64,000 nucleotides of DNA, from the IMG/VR virus record IMGVR_UViG_3300046007_009360, one strand, 5' to 3'. Source of the stretch: an uncultured virus (IMG/VR IMGVR_UViG_3300046007_009360). Taxonomy: Duplodnaviria > Heunggongvirae > Uroviricota > Caudoviricetes. A program made the position numbers and the translations under genes. The notes under the pieces were generated by a model. That model saw only the letters and a program-made list of their open reading frames with translations. It searched no databases and was not told the origin of the DNA. Every line of letters begins with the position of its first letter. Position 1 is the stretch's first letter. This document shows positions 21,234-28,589 of the stretch, piece by piece.

Positions 21234-21296
21234 GTCTCAACAACTTAGGCAAGCGGGGCCCTTACGGTTGTAAGTCATTGATACTCAACGAGATTT
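21222..21296. repeat. paired 27-bp palindrome element E5
   Basis: GTAACTGCTTAAGTCTCAACAACTTAG (overlaps ardC stop) + 21 bp + GTAAGTCATTGATACTCAACGAGATTT. Confidence 0.85.
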
Positions 21297-21345
21297 AACT
21301 GCAAAAAAAACTTGTCACAAGAAAAAAAACTGATAAAGTAATTTT

Positions 21346-21981
21346 ATGTTCAAAAACAAAAAGCAAGCCGAAGCTATTGTCGGCACACTATCTAAACCCT
21401 CGAAGATGCCAGGTTATGCTTATTCAACGCCAGCGAAGCGTTGCATTATCGGGCAAAAAATGCGTCAGGTTGCGGGAAGCATTTGTGCTTTCTGCTATGC
21501 TCTTAAAGGGCGTTATGTTTTCCCCAATGTTCAAGCTGCGATGGAAAAGCGTTTTGCTTCTCTTACTCACGATCTTTGGGTGGATGCGATGACTTACCTT
21601 ATTGGTAAAGCAAACAACCCTCACTTCCGTTGGCACGATTCGGGAGATTTGCAAGGTATTTGGCATCTCGAAAAGATTGTCAAAGTTGCAAAGAATCTTC
21701 CGCATATTTCTTTTTGGTTGCCTACTCGTGAATACTCTTTCGTTTCAGAGTATATAGCCAAGGGCGGTGAAGTTCCTTTTAATCTTACCATCCGTCTCTC
21801 TGCTCTTATGATGAATGGCCCCGCACCGGTTGGGTTAGCAGAACGCCTTGGCCTTTGTGTTAGCGGTGCGAGCAACAAGGGAGAATTTAATTGCCCTTCA
21901 TCGAAACAAGGAAACAAGTGCGGTTCGTGCCGTGCATGCTGGCATAAGAATGAGTTTGCAATTAACTACAAAAAGCATTAA
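21346..21981 (+). CDS. Gp88-like Cys-rich phage protein
   Basis: SKMPG...C...ICAFCYA..GRY...FRWHDSGD...WLPTRE...CP...KCGSCRACW. Confidence 0.8.
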   Translation: MFKNKKQAEAIVGTLSKPSKMPGYAYSTPAKRCIIGQKMRQVAGSICAFCYALKGRYVFPNVQAAMEKRFASLTHDLWVDAMTYLIGKANNPHFRWHDSGDLQGIWHLEKIVKVAKNLPHISFWLPTREYSFVSEYIAKGGEVPFNLTIRLSALMMNGPAPVGLAERLGLCVSGASNKGEFNCPSSKQGNKCGSCRACWHKNEFAINYKKH

Positions 21982-22213
21982 GATGTCGTCTTATGCTTTT
22001 AACAATTCTAACCTCGGCGATAATTCTAACATTAATCCTAAACAAACAAAAATGAACATCGAAAAACTATTAAACGAAAATCTTGAAACTTTTTATCCGT
22101 GGAGCGATAACGATAATCCTCCTCTAGATTCAAACAAAACTTTTTTGCAAAAAGAAAGAGAGATAGATGAATTTTTTGAGGGTTGGCGAGCGTCTATGTA
22201 AAACTTAATCTTC

Positions 22214-22288
22214 GTAAGTCTTTTGTAGTCAGGGACTTACGAGGGCGCCCTCCCCGCCGCCGTAAGTCGTTGATAGTTAACTACTTAC
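22214..22288. repeat. paired 27-bp palindrome element E6
   Basis: GTAAGTCTTTTGTAGTCAGGGACTTAC + 21 bp + GTAAGTCGTTGATAGTTAACTACTTAC; at the convergence of + and - genes. Confidence 0.9.
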
Positions 22289-22399
22289 GCTTACGCTCCC
22301 AAAGCCAGAGGCCAAAGTTAATAAGGGTTTCTAATAGAGCTAGAGCAAGGAAAAAAATTCCAAGTCCAGCGATTGCGAGTATATATTTTTCAATCATAA

Positions 22400-22672
22400 T
22401 TATTCTCCACAAATTTCTGGATCACCAGCCCAACCGAAGTCTTCCATCTGGTAGCACCCGCCACCATAGTCTTCGTCTGTGCCGTGACCTGCAGAAGCCA
22501 TAGCAGAATCGAAGTCGCCATCCATCGATTCGTCCACATCCGAGAGGTTAGATTGAGAAGATGCGAGGATGCGCTCGTCATCACGCGTCATCTCGTTAAG
22601 GATGTCGCGCACATCTAACCGAGTCAGCATGTGCTGGTTCATCCACTCCTTGAGAGAGGCTTTGTAGTCCAT
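22400..22672 (-). CDS. acidic hypothetical protein
   Basis: MDYKASLKEW...DGDFDSAMASAGHGTDEDYG; start coupled to upstream ORF 22674..22898. Confidence 0.65.
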   Translation of the reverse strand: MDYKASLKEWMNQHMLTRLDVRDILNEMTRDDERILASSQSNLSDVDESMDGDFDSAMASAGHGTDEDYGGGCYQMEDFGWAGDPEICGE

Positions 22673-22673
22673 G

Positions 22674-22898
22674 TTATTTGACCTCCATTGCATTCTGACA
22701 GGTGAGGCGAAAAGGAACAGCCTTAGCGCCAAAGAAGTTGGTGACCTCGGTATCCCTCTCATCGTAAGAGGGAGCCATCTTGTCGAGCATCTCGTTGATG
22801 GCATCAGCGGAGTTGATGTAATCGAAGAATGCTTCCGCATCAGCAAAGGCTTCGGTGCAGTTAATCGAGGCTAGGTAGGATATGTCGTTTTGGTTCAT
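22674..22898 (-). CDS. hypothetical protein
   Basis: TTGACA 34 nt upstream on the - strand. Confidence 0.7.
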   Translation of the reverse strand: MNQNDISYLASINCTEAFADAEAFFDYINSADAINEMLDKMAPSYDERDTEVTNFFGAKAVPFRLTCQNAMEVK

Positions 22899-22917
22899 AT
22901 AGGTAATGTATCACAGA

Positions 22918-23283
22918 TTACGATTCTGTCAAAGATTTTCTGCAAGAATATTCCATTGAATGACAACGCCTTACAAAAGTTGCTGGTTTTATTTCTGAAA
23001 TTATTTGATCTGCCAATGCTTCTGCGTGAGAGTTCCAATCACCTTGAGCAAAAGATGATTCGAGATTCGTGGCGAGTGCGAGAGATAAAGCCCTGCGAAA
23101 CTTTGCTGGTTCGGCATAAAAGTAAAACGCTTTTCCGCTTCCACGATCTTGTAATTTATAATTGGTTCCGCCGAAATTGTAAATTGCATTATAGAATCTT
23201 TCAGCAGATGGGAAATCTGCTTCGATTAAATAGGCGAGGTTAGGGCCAAAAGGTTCCATAAAGATTTTTATTTTATTCTGCAT
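22918..23283 (-). CDS. hypothetical protein, YNxxxTNGEL paralog family member 2
   Basis: ERFYNAIYNFGGTNYKLQDRGSGKAFYFYAEP. Confidence 0.75.
   Translation of the reverse strand: MQNKIKIFMEPFGPNLAYLIEADFPSAERFYNAIYNFGGTNYKLQDRGSGKAFYFYAEPAKFRRALSLALATNLESSFAQGDWNSHAEALADQIISEIKPATFVRRCHSMEYSCRKSLTES
22948..22974. repeat. single degenerate 27-bp palindrome copy
   Basis: Reverse complement GTAAGGCGTTGTCATTCAATGGAATAT, just upstream of a - strand TTGACA. Confidence 0.55.
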
Positions 23284-23323
23284 AAAAAGAGAATAGCAAA
23301 AATTTTCTTTTTGTCAAGCTTAT

Positions 23324-23398
23324 GTAAGTCGTTGATAGTCAAGGACTTGCGCGGGGGGCTTCCCTTCGTCTGTAAGTCGTTGATGCTTAGAGACTTAC
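23324..23398. repeat. paired 27-bp palindrome element E7
   Basis: GTAAGTCGTTGATAGTCAAGGACTTGC + 21 bp + GTAAGTCGTTGATGCTTAGAGACTTAC. Confidence 0.9.
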
Positions 23399-23536
23399 AA
23401 TAGGTCTCGGAGATTCAAGCAACTCGCAGAAACATAGTAGAAAAATCTTTCACGCAAAAAGTTTTTCTTTTCGCCGTGAGAAACTGCGAGACGAAAAGTT
23501 TTTTTATTTATTTGGAAAAGAATCTTTTTCATTTTT

Positions 23537-23827
23537 TTAGACTCCTTCTGCTTTGGCGATGTCTCTGCCAATTTCAACCGAGAGGTTGAGTTGATCCAAG
23601 AGATGTTTATTCGTTGCGAGTTTCGTGATGGTCACAGCGTTTTCGGTTGCCCAATCCCAGCGAGAGGAATATCCTGCACCTTGGCTAACGCTGATTTTGA
23701 TGAAGGTGTTTTCGTCTTTCACATAAAGGATTTCTTCGGGCTGAAGCCAAGGAGTTTTCGTCCTGTCATTGGTCAAGAGGTAGAAGGTTCCGATTTCGGG
23801 TTGCATTGTTTTGTTCTTATCTTTCAT
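23537..23827 (-). CDS. hypothetical protein
   Basis: TTGACA 34 nt upstream on the - strand. Confidence 0.7.
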   Translation of the reverse strand: MKDKNKTMQPEIGTFYLLTNDRTKTPWLQPEEILYVKDENTFIKISVSQGAGYSSRWDWATENAVTITKLATNKHLLDQLNLSVEIGRDIAKAEGV

Positions 23828-23871
23828 ACTTTTATCCTATCAGATTTTTTGATTTTGTCAACTTTTATTTC

Positions 23872-24066
23872 TTATTGAGCATCAACGGCTTGAATACCCT
23901 TGCGAAGATAAATGGTAGTCCATTTACCCTTATCAGGGCCATCCATAATTTCAGCGGTTGCGGTTCTTGTTTTCCAACCAATCGTAGAAGGGAATATTTT
24001 GACTAGCATTCCTTCGTAGATGTAGAGGTCTTTGTTTTCGTATAGTTCGGGATTTATTGTTATCAT
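23872..24066 (-). CDS. hypothetical protein
   Basis: MITINPELYENK...; start placed after the stop of 24071..24217. Confidence 0.6.
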   Translation of the reverse strand: MITINPELYENKDLYIYEGMLVKIFPSTIGWKTRTATAEIMDGPDKGKWTTIYLRKGIQAVDAQ

Positions 24067-24070
24067 TTTT

Positions 24071-24217
24071 TTATCCTTTCTTAAGAGTTTCGATTTCGTC
24101 CATTTTGACGATGATTTTTTCCATCCGTTTTGCGGAATCTTGATAGCCTTTGGAAATTTCCTCAAGGCGTTTGATTGTTTCATTGATGTCGAATTTGATT
24201 TTGATTTTTGTTTTCAT
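24071..24217 (-). CDS. 48-aa helical protein, paralog of 25805..25969
   Basis: Hand-translated MKTKIKIKFDINETIKRLEEISKGYQDSAKRMEKIIVKMDEIETLKKG. Confidence 0.7.
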   Translation of the reverse strand: MKTKIKIKFDINETIKRLEEISKGYQDSAKRMEKIIVKMDEIETLKKG

Positions 24218-24286
24218 TTTTTTTCTTCTTTCTTTCTACCTTTAATCTATCACATTTTTCATTTTTCGCAAGAAAAATCTTCATTT

Positions 24287-24361
24287 AAATTTCATTGACC
24301 ATCAACGAGTTACAACGCAAGGGAGGCCCTCCGTTCAAGTAGTTGATAGTCAACGCTTTCG
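24287..24361. repeat. paired 27-bp palindrome element E8
   Basis: AAATTTCATTGACCATCAACGAGTTAC + 21 bp + TCAAGTAGTTGATAGTCAACGCTTTCG. Confidence 0.85.
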
Positions 24362-24446
24362 GTTTTCTGCGTTTAAGACTCAAAGTTGAAAAGATCAGAC
24401 ATTGATCTTTTGCATTCCATCAGGTTTTGTTCCAAGATCAGCATTC

Positions 24447-24522
24447 GCAAGTGATTGATTATTAGGCACTTATAAAGACAGCCCCCCCGCCCCACGTAAG
24501 TCGTTGATACTGAACAACTTAC
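24447..24522. repeat. paired 27-bp palindrome element E9
   Basis: GCAAGTGATTGATTATTAGGCACTTAT + 22 bp C-rich spacer + GTAAGTCGTTGATACTGAACAACTTAC. Confidence 0.85.
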
Positions 24523-24533
24523 GGAGGCTGCTT

Positions 24534-24929
24534 TTAGAATGGTGTGATTTTTATTTTTAGAGATTCTTCTAAAGTTTTTTTGGAGGGTTTAAAGAAGATG
24601 ACTTTGTCGTTTATTTTTTCGACTGAAACTTTTTCTGGCAGAGATGCAAAGTCTCCTTCGTCATCTGTTGCAACGATCAGAGCTTTTCCAGCGAAAGGTT
24701 GCGAAGCGATGCCAAACTTAAAGTATGCTTGGTTCTCGCTGTCTTTTAGCAAGCCTTCGTCATCTAGAATCATATCAATTCCATTTGCAAGGCCTGTCAT
24801 AGTTATCACATCGCATCCCAAGAGTGCGTAGATAGTTTGGATTTTAGTGTCTACCATCTTAACCTCTATGATGGTTTCGGTGAATGGATCGATGAGGATC
24901 GCTCGTTTGATTGGATTATTGTTTGTCAT
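24534..24929 (-). CDS. DUF3846-like protein
   Basis: AILIDP...IYALLGCDVI...MILDDEGLL...FAGKALIV..D.EG. Confidence 0.7.
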   Translation of the reverse strand: MTNNNPIKRAILIDPFTETIIEVKMVDTKIQTIYALLGCDVITMTGLANGIDMILDDEGLLKDSENQAYFKFGIASQPFAGKALIVATDDEGDFASLPEKVSVEKINDKVIFFKPSKKTLEESLKIKITPF

Positions 24930-24966
24930 ATCTTTAGCTTATCATACCTTTCGTTGTTGTCAAGTC

Positions 24967-25344
24967 TTACAAGCGGTAAAACTTGTGATTCTTAATTACT
25001 GCGACAGTCTGCTCTCCTCTTGACCACTTGGGCGACACTTGGAAGGTGTGGTAGTGGTTCGCACCCTGCACAACATCGGGCATTCGTTTCTCTGCTACAA
25101 GTTTAGCGAGACGGATGGCGTTGGGTGCTTGAGGGTTCTTTAGAAGCTCCTGCTTCTTCGCCTCACTCACTCCACCATTCCAGAAGCTGAATTGCTTTGG
25201 TGCAAGGCAGACTTGTGTGGGCGTTTGCTTTCGCTCGATGGCTCGTGTCTGAATGACAGACGCAACACCCGCCATTCCCTCAAAGCCTTCGCCTCGTGCT
25301 TCGCCAAGGATGGTCAAAGCTATAACAAGAATCTCTGCGGTCAT
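24967..25344 (-). CDS. SleB-like cell wall hydrolase (Hydrolase_2)
   Basis: ALTILGEARGEG...VASVI..R...QFSFWN...GANHYH...PKW...IKNHKFY; start at MTAEIL. Confidence 0.85.
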   Translation of the reverse strand: MTAEILVIALTILGEARGEGFEGMAGVASVIQTRAIERKQTPTQVCLAPKQFSFWNGGVSEAKKQELLKNPQAPNAIRLAKLVAEKRMPDVVQGANHYHTFQVSPKWSRGEQTVAVIKNHKFYRL

Positions 25345-25345
25345 T

Positions 25346-25765
25346 TTAGTCTCTCCCCGCACTGATCGCACCGCAGTAGTCAGAGGGTTTCTCTGCGGTG
25401 ATGCTTCCAAGGTTAAAGACATCGGTGCTGATGCTGGTGCGAAGGAATCGCCCATCTTTAATCGCATCGAACTTGTCTTGGGCTTTCTGCCTTGCAAGGG
25501 CGAGCAACCCACCCTTCATCCCTTTAGCTTTGATCTTATTGCATAGAGCATAGAGAGCCACTTTAGTCATCGCTTCTAGCACGGCTTCTGGCTGTGCGTA
25601 GAAGTAGAACGCCTTGCCGTTGCCCATATCGTGCAACTCGCCATTGGTTGCACTATGGTTATACATAGCGTTGTGGAAGTTTTCGATCTGGCTCTTGTTG
25701 CCTTCCAAGAGGAAAGCGGTAGTGTTGCCGAAGGTTTGTTTGGTGATGGTGATTTGGTTTTTCAT
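25346..25765 (-). CDS. hypothetical protein, YNxxxTNGEL paralog family member 3
   Basis: IENFHNAMYNHSATNGELHDMGNGKAFYFYAQP. Confidence 0.8.
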   Translation of the reverse strand: MKNQITITKQTFGNTTAFLLEGNKSQIENFHNAMYNHSATNGELHDMGNGKAFYFYAQPEAVLEAMTKVALYALCNKIKAKGMKGGLLALARQKAQDKFDAIKDGRFLRTSISTDVFNLGSITAEKPSDYCGAISAGRD

Positions 25766-25804
25766 ATAGCTTATATTGCTTTCTGGTTTGATTTTCGTCA
25801 AGGG

Positions 25805-25969
25805 TTATTTGGTTTCGCCCATATACTTTTTGTGGGCTTCATCCTTCTTCGCTTGGGCTTCTGCCACGATGTTGTCGAGGCGTTGGGCAGAGGCTTTGTA
25901 GCCTTCTGCGATAGCGTTGAGTCTGCGGATGGTTTCGTCTAGGTTGAACTTGTTTGCTTTAACTTTCAT
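25805..25969 (-). CDS. 54-aa helical protein, paralog of 24071..24217
   Basis: Hand-translated MKVKANKFNLDETIRRLNAIAEGYKASAQRLDNIVAEAQAKKDEAHKKYMGETK; TTGACA 34 nt upstream. Confidence 0.75.
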   Translation of the reverse strand: MKVKANKFNLDETIRRLNAIAEGYKASAQRLDNIVAEAQAKKDEAHKKYMGETK

Positions 25970-26029
25970 ACTCTTAATCTATCACACTATTACGATTTGT
26001 CAAGCGATGCTAGGCTTTTTATTGCATTT

Positions 26030-26056
26030 AAATTTCATTGATTATCAACGACTTAC
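26030..26056. repeat. single 27-bp palindrome copy (last of the family)
   Basis: AAATTTCATTGATTATCAACGACTTAC. Confidence 0.85.
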
Positions 26057-26615
26057 AGAACATAGCTAAAAAATTTTAAGATATATACCCCCATTTTTGA
26101 AAATCGTTAAACCATTTCTAGCTCAACATGGCCGTGGGGGTATTAACATCATTCTCCCCAACTATATAATACTATTTATCCATATATTCTTATCTATACC
26201 CCCTTTTTCTAAATCTATAAAAAAGAATTTAAATTCATTTATCTCTTAAGGTAAAAAAATCCCGGCGGCTATTTTTGTTATAAACCCCTTTTAATATGCT
26301 TGTTTTTAATATAAAAGTATAGTATAGTAGTAATATTATGATTAGCTTAGTAGTTAATCTTGTTTTAACTTATTTTGCATTTAAGTTTGTTTTATGGTTA
26401 TATGGTTTCTTTAAAGATAAGGATGAATCACAATTATTGATTATTAATAAATCTGACGAAAAAATTGACCCCAAGCCTTTAGATTTACCGCCCGACCCCA
26501 AAATTAACCTATCATTAGATAACATAAATAAGATAAAAGATACTAATTTCAAGAATCTCCTAGTTAAACATAAACCAAAAAGAAAGAATCACCTAGTAGT
26601 TAGTGTAAATTATGT

Positions 26616-27617
26616 GTGAATATATTTAATGGCTTATTAGGATTAAGCGCCCTTTTTGTAGCAGCTTGTGGTGGATTCTTCTCGGTTAAAGGCATAGGGT
26701 TGCTGTTCTCTGGTAGTTTTTGGGCCACAATAGTAATGGCTAGTAGTCTTGAATTTGGTAAGATAATGGCTACAAGCTTTCTTTATAGATACTGGAATAA
26801 AATCAATAAATTATTAAAAGTTTATTTAATTAGCGCCGTTGTTATACTTATGGGCATAACTAGCCTTGGAGTCTTTGGTTTTCTTTCCCAAGCCTTTTAT
26901 GCAACAAAAGCTAATATAGATTCAATAGAGTCGCAGGTTTCTCTTCTAGAAGCAAAGAAGAACTCCTTAAGTACTCAAATATCTAGTAATACAGAAAGAA
27001 TTAAAACTCTTATAGACACAAGAAAAGAACAAGAATCTAATCTAAGTAAAGCCCTTAATCAATCTACAACGACTACGGTTACAAAATCTAGCGGACTCTT
27101 TGGCGGTGATAAGCAAGAAACAGTAATAGATAAGAGATCAGTAGAATTAAAAAGCCAAACTTTGAATACTATGCAAGGAAATATAACAAATCTAGAGTCT
27201 AATATAGAAAAAATTAATAATATTAATAACAATTTAAATTCAGAGATAAATAACCTAGATAATCAAATAATAGAATTAAAAAGACAAGTAATTAGTTCAG
27301 ATATAGGTACTTATAAATTTATAGCCGAAGCCTTTAATGTTCCCATCGAGACTGTAGTTAAATGGTTTATATTATTTATAGTAGTAGTATTTGATCCTCT
27401 AGCGGTCTGTCTCGTGTTAGCTTATAATATAGCTTCTAATAGAAAACCAAATGAGACAATTGTAGAAAAGATCGTTGAGGTTGAAAAACCTATAGAAAAA
27501 ATAGTAGAAAAACCAATTAAAATTATAGAAAGAATATACTCCAACTATAAGCGTGGCACTAAAAAAGCCCACAATCCAGATCTTGCAGATCCAAATTTAA
27601 AATGTAATTTAGACTAA
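26616..27617 (+). CDS. multi-pass membrane protein with long coiled coil
   Basis: 3 N-terminal TM segments, heptad-rich middle, C-terminal IVVVFDPLAV TM. Confidence 0.75.
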   Translation: MNIFNGLLGLSALFVAACGGFFSVKGIGLLFSGSFWATIVMASSLEFGKIMATSFLYRYWNKINKLLKVYLISAVVILMGITSLGVFGFLSQAFYATKANIDSIESQVSLLEAKKNSLSTQISSNTERIKTLIDTRKEQESNLSKALNQSTTTTVTKSSGLFGGDKQETVIDKRSVELKSQTLNTMQGNITNLESNIEKINNINNNLNSEINNLDNQIIELKRQVISSDIGTYKFIAEAFNVPIETVVKWFILFIVVVFDPLAVCLVLAYNIASNRKPNETIVEKIVEVEKPIEKIVEKPIKIIERIYSNYKRGTKKAHNPDLADPNLKCNLD

Positions 27618-27890
27618 AGCGTAACCCTTTTTGAATTTTAGATTTAATTCAAAAGAGTTTACGGCTTGACCACGATCAAATCTTTTAATAAAGTTAGTTC
27701 CAATCTTTGGCATCTCTGCTACGAACATCTTTTTATCCATCTCAAGAGTAACTTGAGTTGGTAGAACGGATACATTAGTAATCTTTTTCCTCATTTTACT
27801 TTTTATAGCTCTAGCTATAGCGCAATTTTGAGGATTAGCTTTTTCTCCTTCTAATATATTCTGATTTGTTACTTTTATCGTTTGCTTCAT
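27609..27890 (-). CDS. hypothetical protein
   Basis: ORF coupled to 27887..28534. Confidence 0.65.
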   Translation of the reverse strand: MKQTIKVTNQNILEGEKANPQNCAIARAIKSKMRKKITNVSVLPTQVTLEMDKKMFVAEMPKIGTNFIKRFDRGQAVNSFELNLKFKKGYALV

Positions 27891-28534
27891 TTCATATCTC
27901 CCATTTGATTTATAGTATATTCATAATTGTCAGAATCTTCTGTTACCCACTTAGGACAGTTTTCGACAGTATAAATATGACTATTAACTTGCCTTTGAAT
28001 AAGATTTTGCCCTTGTTTAGTTACAAAATTAGGATCATATAATCTTAATCTATTATTAGGTTGTATTGCATAGTTTCCATTATCTAATTGTAATACATGA
28101 CCACATTTATGTTGGCCTGGATTTTCACTAAATCCAAAATTTAATTCATTAAAATCACTATGCGCCCAATCTAAAGTAAATAAATATGTACCAAAATATT
28201 CTTGACCATTCCTAGCAAGGAACTTTAGTTTTTTATTTTGTAGTATAGAAAATTTAGTTACAGCTACGTGATAACTAAAACTATCCCAAAGTTCTAATTC
28301 ATGTAGATCTTGTTCTGGAGTTCCTTCTTTAGAGGTAAATGCACTAATAGGTGCATGCCACCAGATTCCACCATCTTCCATAATAAAATTAAAAAGTGGA
28401 ACTTGCCCAGGCAAAGATGTGACACCAAAAACTAGAGCTTGAAAGTATTTGTCATGGCTATCTTTTTGATCTCGGAGATAGTTTCCTCTTACATAACATT
28501 CTATGGGAGGTATGTTTGCGTTTAGAAATGCCAC
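27887..28534 (-). CDS. conserved phage hypothetical protein
   Basis: LNANIPP...YLFTLDW...HKCGH...GNYAIQPNNR; GTGTAAA upstream on the - strand. Confidence 0.75.
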   Translation of the reverse strand: MAFLNANIPPIECYVRGNYLRDQKDSHDKYFQALVFGVTSLPGQVPLFNFIMEDGGIWWHAPISAFTSKEGTPEQDLHELELWDSFSYHVAVTKFSILQNKKLKFLARNGQEYFGTYLFTLDWAHSDFNELNFGFSENPGQHKCGHVLQLDNGNYAIQPNNRLRLYDPNFVTKQGQNLIQRQVNSHIYTVENCPKWVTEDSDNYEYTINQMGDMK

Positions 28535-28589
28535 AGCTAATTTATTTACACTAAATTAAAAATATGGTGTAAATTATCATGTAAGTATA

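Noticed and set aside
22183..22503. ORFs running across palindrome elements (22183..22503 +, 16108..16305 -)
   Set aside because: Translations such as RKSLIVNxL are artefacts of the repeat; no start context
24967..25512. 181-aa version of the SleB-like ORF
   Set aside because: The N-terminal extension overlaps the neighbouring gene; ATG at 25344 directly follows that gene's stop
22671..25942. Plus-strand ORFs at 22671, 22890, 23591, 24032, 24544, 25253 and 25631
   Set aside because: Antisense to - strand genes that have their own promoters and recognisable motifs
15067..26056. CRISPR array interpretation of the 27-bp repeats
   Set aside because: Copies occur only as dispersed pairs or singles, are degenerate, have 21-22 bp spacers that resemble each other (GGG/CCC-rich), and no cas gene is visible
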